Positions 53,285 through 61,264 of a stretch of 64,000 bases of DNA are shown here, piece by piece. The DNA is from an uncultured Omnitrophica bacterium. GTDB taxonomy: Bacteria > Omnitrophota > Gorgyraeia > JACQQV01. The position numbers and the translations under genes were made by a program. How positions within the stretch are numbered: the first letter of the stretch is position 1; each line of letters begins with the position of its first letter. Below the pieces are notes generated by a model. That model saw only the letters and a program-made list of their open reading frames with translations, did no database searches and was not told where the DNA came from. The stretch is from the NCBI GenBank assembly GCA_947085655.1, contig CAMTXH010000010.1, forward strand, positions 18,015 to 82,014, given 5' to 3'.

Positions 53285-54393
53285 TGTTGCCTGAGTCCCC
53301 GCTTGAGGAGTTCCTGATCCGCCTTTTCAGACAGATCCTTTGCCTTCTGGGTCTCTCCCCATGAGACAAGATCCTTCAGGCCGTCCCGGAGACTCCATCT
53401 GGGAGTATATCCCAGAGACACGAGCCGGGAAATATCCGCAAAACAGTGCCGGATATCCCCGGAGCGGTATTTCCCAACAACCTGCGGCCGGACAGGAGAC
53501 TGATAGAGATGGATGAGGGTATTTGCGATTTCAAGAATGGAGGTCGCTTTGCCGCTTCCCACGTTGAACGTGCCGTAATCCGCTTTTGGGCTTCCCATGA
53601 CCAGAAGATTCGCCCGCACCACATCTTCGACATGGACAAAGTCCCGGCTCTGAAGACCGTCTTCATAAACAAGGGGCGGCCGGCGGTTTTTAATCCGGCT
53701 TGAAAAAATGGCGCAGACCCCCGTGTACGGATTGGAAAGAGCCTGCCGGGGGCCGTACGCATTGAAATAGCGGAGGGCCGCGACCGGAAGATGATAGGTC
53801 CTCCCGATAAGAAGAGACATCTCTTCTTGGTGACGCTTGGACATGGCATAAATCGAAGTCGGATCGAGCGGCTTGGATTCATCCGTCTGGACGGGGCGTG
53901 CCGGTGTTTTACATTGGGGACAGAGGATTTCCCACTTTTTGATCAAAAGCTGTCTTTCGCTCCGAGACGGGGGGGCAATCAATCCGCATTTGGAACAGCG
54001 GTATCGTCCCTCACCGTAAAGACTCATGGAACTGGCCACAATCAGTTTTTTCACCTTCGTCTTTTCACGGACCAGAAGGTCAAGAAGCAGGGCCGTTCCC
54101 TGGGTATTCACCTCCACATAATCGGCCACCTCATACATCGACTGGCCCACGCCGACGGCGGCCGCCTCATGAAAAACGACGTCGCTCGGCTTAAGAACTT
54201 TTTTAAGCGCGTTCCGGTCCCGGACATCCCCTTTGACATATTGCGCCCCCTTGTTGAGATAATCCGGCCGTTTCTTGCCGTGCACCTGGGGCACAAAATC
54301 ATCATAGACCGTCACCGAGTGCCCCTTCGCAACGAGGGCATCGACCAAATGCGAGCCGATGAACCCGGCACCGCCTGTCACGAGAATCTTCAT
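53281..54393 (-). CDS. NAD-dependent epimerase/dehydratase (SDR) with an internal Cys4 zinc-ribbon insertion
   Basis: [15 protein letters not shown]; Y-x3-K (YAMSK); CSKCG...CPQCKTP inserted in the substrate-binding half. Confidence 0.7.
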   Translation of the reverse strand: MKILVTGGAGFIGSHLVDALVAKGHSVTVYDDFVPQVHGKKRPDYLNKGAQYVKGDVRDRNALKKVLKPSDVVFHEAAAVGVGQSMYEVADYVEVNTQGTALLLDLLVREKTKVKKLIVASSMSLYGEGRYRCSKCGLIAPPSRSERQLLIKKWEILCPQCKTPARPVQTDESKPLDPTSIYAMSKRHQEEMSLLIGRTYHLPVAALRYFNAYGPRQALSNPYTGVCAIFSSRIKNRRPPLVYEDGLQSRDFVHVEDVVRANLLVMGSPKADYGTFNVGSGKATSILEIANTLIHLYQSPVRPQVVGKYRSGDIRHCFADISRLVSLGYTPRWSLRDGLKDLVSWGETQKAKDLSEKADQELLKRGLRQQ

Positions 54394-54454
54394 GAACAGC
54401 GCTCCTTCTTTTCAACAGAAGAATAAGGCGCTACGTCAAGCAACTTGGATGCCT

Positions 54455-54533
54455 CCCGAAAGGCCTCTCCCGGCGTGATCCGCTCCCTATCTATCACTAT
54501 GCCCCGGAGGGCAAGGCCTTTCTTGAGAAAGAC
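54455..54533. repeat. 79-bp direct repeat, copy 1 (last 14 codons plus 32 nt of 3' flank of the GT2 gene)
   Basis: CCCGAAAGGCCTCTCCCGGCGTGATCCGCTCCCTATCTATCACTATGCCCCGGAGGGCAAGGCCTTTCTTGAgAAAGAC; 78/79 identical to 55707-55785. Confidence 0.85.
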
Positions 54534-55662
54534 GAGCCAGAACCTGGTCCTGTTTCAATGCCTTGATCTCCTTCACCTTCTCCCTGACGGCTTCTACCAG
54601 AGGGGCTGCCTCTTTCTCCACCAAAAGACAGAGAGGAATTTTGTCTCCGTATCCGTTCAGGAGACGGTGGATTCTTGGGTCGAAGACCAACACCAAATCA
54701 TATTTTTTCTCTGGGGACCGCCGGACATTGTTCCAAAGTTTAAACTGAGCAACCCAGGGTATTCCGAAGGGGGTATAAGAGAGATTCAAATTGATATGGG
54801 GAGGGAGCGAAAGGGGGTTGATGGAATGCCATACATAAAGTTTATGTTGATCCCGCAAAAGTTCAAAAAAGAGATTCCGGAAAACGGGGATCCTCTCCTG
54901 CATATCTTTGCCAAGGACCAGGACAACCCGGAGGGGAACCCCCCACCGCTCATAAAAGATCCGTCTGTTTCGTTCAAAAAGTTCATTCCAGGAAACCCTT
55001 CCCAGAACCTCAGGATAGGTCACATTTTGCCAGTGATGGACGTAGGCGCCTTTCGCGAGCATGCACCGAAAGCCTGAACGGACCGCCCTCACGGAAAAGT
55101 CCCAATCGTCGTAATAGGCGGGGTCGTAGGCAAGATCCAATCCATGGACAGCCTCGAGGACTTCCCGCTTGATCAGAAAGCAGAATCCCCTACACCAGTC
55201 CATCTCCACAGCCTGCCCCGCCCATCTCTTCAAGGAGGCGGCATGTTTTCCAATATCACCGACCCGTTCGGGCTTGTCTTCCCAGGAAGGATTGACAAGT
55301 CCAATCTTTTCTTCCAACCCGGCGATCCGAATCATCTCTTCAAGCCAGCCGGGTGTGACAACCGTGTCATTGTTCATCACGCATAGATACGGGGATCGGG
55401 AGGCTTGGATTCCTTTATTGACGGCCCTCACCCAGCCTTCGTTTTTTTCATTCTGGATGATCGCGATCCGGTCGGGGTATTCTCTCTGAATTTCAGCCAG
55501 ATATTCCCGTGTCTCTTTTTTGCTTGCGTTATCTACGACGAATATCCGGAAGGGAACCCGGGTCGATCTCAAGATCGACGCGATACACGCTTTTGTGTAG
55601 TCCGGCTCATTATAAACAACCAGAATAATGTCACAACCTTGGGTTTTCCGCACCAGACGCAT
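54487..55662 (-). CDS. GT2-family glycosyltransferase with C-terminal extension domain
   Basis: ILVVYNEPDYTKACIASIL...VVDNAS...NEGWVRAVNKG...VMNND...DWDF; the C-terminus ...[12 protein letters not shown] is encoded by the repeat. Confidence 0.75.
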   Translation of the reverse strand: MRLVRKTQGCDIILVVYNEPDYTKACIASILRSTRVPFRIFVVDNASKKETREYLAEIQREYPDRIAIIQNEKNEGWVRAVNKGIQASRSPYLCVMNNDTVVTPGWLEEMIRIAGLEEKIGLVNPSWEDKPERVGDIGKHAASLKRWAGQAVEMDWCRGFCFLIKREVLEAVHGLDLAYDPAYYDDWDFSVRAVRSGFRCMLAKGAYVHHWQNVTYPEVLGRVSWNELFERNRRIFYERWGVPLRVVLVLGKDMQERIPVFRNLFFELLRDQHKLYVWHSINPLSLPPHINLNLSYTPFGIPWVAQFKLWNNVRRSPEKKYDLVLVFDPRIHRLLNGYGDKIPLCLLVEKEAAPLVEAVREKVKEIKALKQDQVLARLSQERPCPPGHSDR

Positions 55663-55706
55663 TCACCCCTTATTTCAAATCTTGCTTCCGAGAAGGCGCT
55701 TCCCTT

Positions 55707-55785
55707 CCCGAAAGGCCTCTCCCGGCGTGATCCGCTCCCTATCTATCACTATGCCCCGGAGGGCAAGGCCTTTCTTGAAAAAGAC
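55707..55785. repeat. 79-bp direct repeat, copy 2 (last 14 codons plus 32 nt of 3' flank of the GT9 gene)
   Basis: identical to copy 1 except one G/A difference; both GT proteins end [14 protein letters not shown]. Confidence 0.85.
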
Positions 55786-56887
55786 CCCTAGGCCTTCCTA
55801 TTGAGTTCCCGATTTTACCTTCTTCCAAAATGGCCTGCGCCACTCGGAAAACCGTCTCGGGAGAAATCCACTGGAGACACACGTTCTGGGCACATTCAGG
55901 AAGTTTGAAGCGCCGGTAACAGGGACGGCAAACAACAGGTTGAGTCAAAACGCGATGCTTATTTCCTTCAGGACTCGGACCATATACCGTCTCGTCCGTC
56001 GGTCCAAAAAGAGAAAGGGTCTTTGTCCCAACCGCCACCGCCACCCGTAAAAGCCCCCCGTCTGTGCAGATCAAAAAGTGTAACCGCTTGATGAGACTTG
56101 CCGCCTGACGGATGGTTGTCGGAGGCGAAAGCAGTATTCCTTCGGGCGAAACTGCCGAAAGTTCCTCCGCAAGAGCCTTCTCCTGAGGCCCCCAAAAAAT
56201 GACGATTTTGGCATCCAGTTTTTCCCGGAGGGCCCGGATAAGGGAGAGATAAGAAACAACCGGCCACCGTTTCAGGTCTTCCTTCTCCGGCCCGAAACTC
56301 TGGCCCCCTCCCGGTGCGATTCCAATCACCCGATTGTTCAGATGGTGTTCCCTAAAAAATCGGTCGGCAAATGCTTCATCTTCCTCTGTCGTCCAGATCT
56401 CCATCCGATAAGGCCTTTTAGAATCGGCTCCCAACGGATGAAGGAGATCCAGATAATAATCGACAATCGGTTTCTCATCAAATCCCGTAAGGGATACTCG
56501 GTCGGTCAGGAAGCGGCCGCGGCGCCTATAATCCAGACCGACCCGTCGGCGGATGCCTGCCCATTTCATGAGGAGGGACAGTTCAGGCGCCAGCGAGAGA
56601 TCAATGAGGGTGTCAAACCGATGGCGTTTGATGTCGTTTCGAAGAGCAAAGGCAGCCTTAAGCGCCTTCCACCGCGAGGCGCGGGCCAGACGCCTCAAAT
56701 TATCCTTCTCATAAACGAAAATGTAATCCACAAATGGGTGCGTTTCGAGAATCTCTTTTGTCCGTGCGTTGCAAAAATAGCCAATGAAGCAGCCAGGAAA
56801 ATTCTCCTTGAGACGGCGAATCAAAGGGGTCGAGAACAGAACATCCCCGATGCCGAAGGGGTTTGCCAGCAAAAATCGCTGATTCAT
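55739..56887 (-). CDS. GT9-family ADP-heptose:LPS heptosyltransferase-like
   Basis: [28 protein letters not shown]; GT9 C-terminal [10 protein letters not shown]-type block; about 380 aa. Confidence 0.75.
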   Translation of the reverse strand: MNQRFLLANPFGIGDVLFSTPLIRRLKENFPGCFIGYFCNARTKEILETHPFVDYIFVYEKDNLRRLARASRWKALKAAFALRNDIKRHRFDTLIDLSLAPELSLLMKWAGIRRRVGLDYRRRGRFLTDRVSLTGFDEKPIVDYYLDLLHPLGADSKRPYRMEIWTTEEDEAFADRFFREHHLNNRVIGIAPGGGQSFGPEKEDLKRWPVVSYLSLIRALREKLDAKIVIFWGPQEKALAEELSAVSPEGILLSPPTTIRQAASLIKRLHFLICTDGGLLRVAVAVGTKTLSLFGPTDETVYGPSPEGNKHRVLTQPVVCRPCYRRFKLPECAQNVCLQWISPETVFRVAQAILEEGKIGNSIGRPRGLFQERPCPPGHSDR

Positions 56888-57831
56888 CCTTTTCCCCTTC
56901 CGAGCCGCTTCCGGAAATCTTCAATCGTCAGCCGGAGCCCTTCTTCCAGCGAGGTCTTCGGCTGCCAACCGAGCTCATTTTTTGCCTTTGAAATATCGGG
57001 ACGGCGCTGCTTGGGGTCATCAACGGGAAGGGGTTTTGAAACAATCTGACTGCGGCTCCCGGTCAGCGCAATAATTTTCTCGGCCAGTTCCCGAATGGTC
57101 ATCTCCCGGGGATTTCCAAGATTGACCGGGTCGTTCAGGGGGGCATTCATCAATAAGAAGATCCCTTCGACCAAATCGGATATAAAACAGAAGCTGCGTG
57201 TCTGAGAGCCGTCTCCGTAAACGGTCAGCGGCTCTCCGCAAAGTGCCTGATGGATGAAATTCGGAATGGCCCGGCCATCGGCCTCTCGCATGCGCGGACC
57301 ATAGGTATTGAAAATTCGGGCAATTTTGGTATCCATTTGATGATTGCGATGATAAGCCAGTGTCAATGCTTCCGCGAAACGTTTGGCCTCGTCGTAGACC
57401 CCCCGAGGCCCGATCGGATTGACATTTCCCCAATAATCCTCCCGTTGGGGATTGACGGTCGGGTCGCCGTATACCTCGCTGGTCGAAGCCAAAAGGAATT
57501 TGGCCCCCTTCACCTTGGCGACGCCGAGTGCATTGTGGGTTCCGAGAGACCCTACTTTCAGCGTTTGAATCGGATATTTCAGATAATCCACGGGGCTTGC
57601 AGGAGATGCGAAATGAAGGACATGCTCAATTTTTCCGGAGACTTCGATCGGCTTGGTCACGTCTTGTTGAATCAATGTGAACTGCTCTCTGCCGTTCAGG
57701 TGGGCAATATTGGAGAGACTGCCGGTGATGAGATTATCCAGACAGACAACCTCATTCCCCTTTTCGATCAACCGGTCAATCAGATGGGAACCGATGAATC
57801 CGGCTCCACCGGTGATCAGAACTCTCATCAA
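56884..57831 (-). CDS. UDP-glucuronate decarboxylase-like (UXS / ArnA-decarboxylase family SDR)
   Basis: [18 protein letters not shown]...DNLITGS..NI.HL...ASPASPVDY...[10 protein letters not shown]...YDEAKR. Confidence 0.8.
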   Translation of the reverse strand: MMRVLITGGAGFIGSHLIDRLIEKGNEVVCLDNLITGSLSNIAHLNGREQFTLIQQDVTKPIEVSGKIEHVLHFASPASPVDYLKYPIQTLKVGSLGTHNALGVAKVKGAKFLLASTSEVYGDPTVNPQREDYWGNVNPIGPRGVYDEAKRFAEALTLAYHRNHQMDTKIARIFNTYGPRMREADGRAIPNFIHQALCGEPLTVYGDGSQTRSFCFISDLVEGIFLLMNAPLNDPVNLGNPREMTIRELAEKIIALTGSRSQIVSKPLPVDDPKQRRPDISKAKNELGWQPKTSLEEGLRLTIEDFRKRLGRGKG

Positions 57832-58070
57832 GCCCCCTCAACGAGCGAGACTATCTCTCCCAGCTCAATCCCCCGGTGTTTATTGGGTATCCGCCGGATA
57901 TACCCCTTCTTCTCAAGCGCCAGGAGTTTATCCACCGCCGCTTTGTAGGAAATGCTTCCGCACCCGTTTTGGATTTCACGGATGTACGGCGCCCGTTTAT
58001 TCATGACGATGTACTCCTTGACGAACTCAAACACTTTCTTCTGCCGTCTGGTCAGTGTATTGTTTCCCAT
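57828..58070 (-). CDS. standalone LexA-type N-terminal winged-helix DNA-binding domain protein (80 aa, no peptidase domain)
   Basis: [65 protein letters not shown] aligns with the LexA N-domain (LTARQQEVFDLIRDHI...[32 protein letters not shown]...SRGIRL); AAGGAGG SD. Confidence 0.7.
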   Translation of the reverse strand: MGNNTLTRRQKKVFEFVKEYIVMNKRAPYIREIQNGCGSISYKAAVDKLLALEKKGYIRRIPNKHRGIELGEIVSLVEGA

Positions 58071-58087
58071 TCTTCCTGCCTCCTTTT

Positions 58088-59392
58088 TTATAACCTCACA
58101 ACCTTCGCGCCTTTTCCCTTCACATGCCGAAGCGCGTTCCGCGTGTCAAAGATGAGGGAACTTTTCTCATAGAGAAACTGGTAATCTATTTTGTGGTCCG
58201 TGACAATCAACACGCAGTCGGACTGCTTCAGCGCAGTATCCGTCAGTGGCAACGATTTCATCTCGCCGTCATCCGTTCTGAGAAGAGGGACATACGGATC
58301 ATGGTAAAAGGGGATGGCACCCCGCTCCTTTAAAAGTTTGATAATTTCAATGGCGGGAGACTCCCGCACATCGTTCACATCCCCCTTGTAGGAAACCCCC
58401 AAAATCAGAATACGGGATCCCCGCAGGGGTTTTTGAACATCGTTCAAAATCTCCGTTGTCCGCTCCACCACATGGCGCGGCATGGCGGCATTGATCTGGG
58501 TGGCGAGTTCGATAAAACGGACTTCAAAACCCTGGATCCTCGCTTTCCACAAAAGATAAATCGGGTCGATCGGGATACAGTGACCTCCCAACCCCGGGCC
58601 GGGATAGAACGGCATGAACCCAAACGGCTTTGTCTTCGCCGCCTCAATCACTTCCCAAACATCGATTCCCAGATGATGGCACATGAGGGCCAGTTCATTG
58701 ACAAGGGCAATGTTGACTCCCCGGAAGGTATTCTCAAGAAGCTTCACCATCTCCGCCACCCGGGGACTCGAAACAGCTACGACCTCTGCAATCAACTGCT
58801 CGTACAGGAGCTTCCCCAAAGCCGAGCACCTTTCCGTCACTCCCCCGACGACTTTCGGGATATTTTCCGTATGATAGGTTGGGTTTCCGGGATCGACCCT
58901 CTCGGGAGAAAAACAGAGGCAGAAATCCTTTCCCGCCTTTAAGCCCCCCTCCTCAAGAAGCGGGAGAATCACCTCCTCCGTTGTCCCCGGATAGGTGGTG
59001 CTCTCCAGAATAATGAGTTGACCGGCGTGAAGATGGGATGCCAGACTCTGGACAGCCGAGATGATAAAAGAGAGATCCGGATCCTTGCTTTTCCGCAAGG
59101 GGGTTGGGACGCAGATGATGACAACATCCGCATCCTTTCCGCTTTCGTAATTGGATGTGACTTTGAAACGATTCTTCTGCATCACGTCCTTCAGGGCCTC
59201 TGAAGAAACGTCGAGAATGTGGGATTCTCCCTTTTGAATCCCGGAAACCTTTTTTTCATCCAGATCAATCCCGACCACCGGAAATCCCTTTTTTGAAAAC
59301 CCGACTGCCAGCGGGAGTCCGACGTAACCCAAGCCGATAACGGCGACAGTCGCCTGTTTGGTCCGAATTTTCTCTTCCAAAGCTTCTTTCAT
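58088..59392 (-). CDS. nucleotide-sugar 6-dehydrogenase, UDP-N-acetyl-hexosamine dehydrogenase (WbpA/TviB/Cap5O) type
   Basis: start set at MKEALEEK (GGAGG SD); VIGLGYVGLPLAVGF; catalytic GLGGHCIPIDP (the GGHCIP variant typical of UDP-HexNAc dehydrogenases, versus GGSCFPKD in Ugd). Confidence 0.8.
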   Translation of the reverse strand: MKEALEEKIRTKQATVAVIGLGYVGLPLAVGFSKKGFPVVGIDLDEKKVSGIQKGESHILDVSSEALKDVMQKNRFKVTSNYESGKDADVVIICVPTPLRKSKDPDLSFIISAVQSLASHLHAGQLIILESTTYPGTTEEVILPLLEEGGLKAGKDFCLCFSPERVDPGNPTYHTENIPKVVGGVTERCSALGKLLYEQLIAEVVAVSSPRVAEMVKLLENTFRGVNIALVNELALMCHHLGIDVWEVIEAAKTKPFGFMPFYPGPGLGGHCIPIDPIYLLWKARIQGFEVRFIELATQINAAMPRHVVERTTEILNDVQKPLRGSRILILGVSYKGDVNDVRESPAIEIIKLLKERGAIPFYHDPYVPLLRTDDGEMKSLPLTDTALKQSDCVLIVTDHKIDYQFLYEKSSLIFDTRNALRHVKGKGAKVVRL

Positions 59393-59393
59393 C

Positions 59394-60347
59394 TCAAACT
59401 CTTTCCCTCCAATAATCGAGAAGGTCCTCCAGTGTTTTTGAAAACGGAATTTCCGGCTTCCATCCGGTGAGTTTCCTGAACTTCGTACTGTCCCCCACAA
59501 GACGCATGACATCGCTGGGCCGCATTCGCTTCGGGTCCCTCCGAATTTTCACCTTGACCCTCGCTTTGCTGAGAAGGAGATTCAGCATCTGGCCGATGGA
59601 GTAGTCCCTGCCGGTGCAGATATTGTAGACGTCTCCCTTTTTTCCCTTCTCCAGGGCGAGCCAATAGGCCCGGACCACATCCCGGACATCGGTGAAATCC
59701 CGCCGTGGGATAAGGTTTCCCACATGAAGAACCGGTTCTTGCAGACCTTTTTCAATCCTGGCAATCTGTTTGGCAAAGTTACTCGTCGCAAAAACTTCGC
59801 CCCGGCGGGGCCCCGAATGATTAAACGCCCGTGTCCGGACGACGTAAAGTCCGTAACTCTGGTAATACTGATAGGCGAGGAGATCCTGGCCTACTTTTGA
59901 GACGCCGTAAGGGCTCAAAGGTCGCAGAGGATTGGTTTCCTTGATCGGAAGTTCACTTTTTCGGACGATTCCGTATTCCTCGGAGGACCCTGCGATATGG
60001 ATTCTCGGTTTCAATTTCAACTCCCGGACCGCTTCGAAAATATTCAATTGCCCGATGATATTGGTGGTGAGAGTTTCGGCCGGGGCCGACCAGGAAGTGG
60101 GAACAAAAGACTGGGCCGCGAGGTGAAAAATCCGGTCCGGCTTCACCTTTCGAATCACTTCCTGAACGGAAGAAGCATCGCGGATATCACAATAGTGCAG
60201 ACGGATTTTGTCCTTGAACTCAACGACGTTATCCTCCTTGCTCCGCCACCGCTCGATCCCGTAGACAGCGATATTCTTCTTCGCCAAGACAAACTCTGCT
60301 AAATGACTCCCTACAAACCCCGTGATGCCGGTGATGAGTACTCTCAC
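59394..60347 (-). CDS. GDP-4-keto-6-deoxy-D-mannose reductase (Rmd)-like / Gmd-family SDR; GTG start
   Basis: (V)RVLITGITGFVGSHLAEFVL...; start placed at the GTG whose last two bases overlap the rmlD TGA (GTGA); the ORF-track ATG would overlap rmlD by 76 nt. Confidence 0.65.
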   Translation of the reverse strand: MRVLITGITGFVGSHLAEFVLAKKNIAVYGIERWRSKEDNVVEFKDKIRLHYCDIRDASSVQEVIRKVKPDRIFHLAAQSFVPTSWSAPAETLTTNIIGQLNIFEAVRELKLKPRIHIAGSSEEYGIVRKSELPIKETNPLRPLSPYGVSKVGQDLLAYQYYQSYGLYVVRTRAFNHSGPRRGEVFATSNFAKQIARIEKGLQEPVLHVGNLIPRRDFTDVRDVVRAYWLALEKGKKGDVYNICTGRDYSIGQMLNLLLSKARVKVKIRRDPKRMRPSDVMRLVGDSTKFRKLTGWKPEIPFSKTLEDLLDYWRERV

Positions 60348-61264
60348 GATGCTCCCTGTGGCCTGTTGGAATGTATCAAGTGCTGTTCGTTGAGATAATC
60401 CCGAAGCGCCTCCCGCCATGGCCGGAGGGAACTCCCCAAAACCCTGGAAAACTTGTCGCAGTTTAACACCGTTCGAAGAGGCCTTTTTGCCGCAAGACCC
60501 AAAGTCCCCAATGAGATCGGGCGCAGGGGGATATGCCCCGCCCCCCCAAGGGCGAGAATTTCCCGCCCGTATTCAAGCCAACTGCAGCCGCCTCCGCCGC
60601 TTGCAATGTGATAAACGCCCGGAGGGATTTCTTTCTCAAAAAGAGAATAAATGGCGTTGGCAAGATCCGGTGTGTAGGTGGGGATACTCCATTTATCTTC
60701 AACCAGGGAAATCTCTTTTTTCGTCTTTGACCAACCCAAGACGTGGTGAACGAAAGAATCGTGGCCTTCTCCAAAAAGCCAACTTGTCCGGATAATCCAG
60801 TGACGCGGGTATTTCCGGGAATGCATTTCCCCTTCAAGCTTCGACTTTCCGTAAACGTTGACAGGTCGGCACGGGTCCTCCTCACGGTAGGGTTGGGGCC
60901 TTTCTCCCTCAAAAACGTAATCGGTGCTGATATAGCAGAAAGGAACGTTTTGCTGACGGGAAACCTCTGCCAAAAACCGCGTCCCTTCCCCATTCACCTG
61001 ATGGGCCTCCTCGGCGTGCCTTTCACAGTAGTCCACATCGCTGATGGCCGCCGGATGAATCACTGCATCCGGCCGGAGAGATCCAATGATTTTTCCGATT
61101 TCCCGTGAATCCGTAATGTCGGCCTCAAAGCGCTTCTCTCCTTCAAAAGGAGGGCGGATTTTCCTCCCCCGCGACAGACCGTAAAGTTCGTGCCCTTTCG
61201 CAAGAATTCGCCGGGAAAGAGAGGTTCCGAGCATGCCGGTAATGCCCGTTACGAGGAATCTCAT
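60344..61264 (-). CDS. rfbD: dTDP-4-dehydrorhamnose reductase
   Basis: start set at MRFLVTGITGMLG (ATGA overlap); YISTDYVFEGE...YGKSKLEGE. Confidence 0.85.
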   Translation of the reverse strand: MRFLVTGITGMLGTSLSRRILAKGHELYGLSRGRKIRPPFEGEKRFEADITDSREIGKIIGSLRPDAVIHPAAISDVDYCERHAEEAHQVNGEGTRFLAEVSRQQNVPFCYISTDYVFEGERPQPYREEDPCRPVNVYGKSKLEGEMHSRKYPRHWIIRTSWLFGEGHDSFVHHVLGWSKTKKEISLVEDKWSIPTYTPDLANAIYSLFEKEIPPGVYHIASGGGGCSWLEYGREILALGGAGHIPLRPISLGTLGLAAKRPLRTVLNCDKFSRVLGSSLRPWREALRDYLNEQHLIHSNRPQGAS

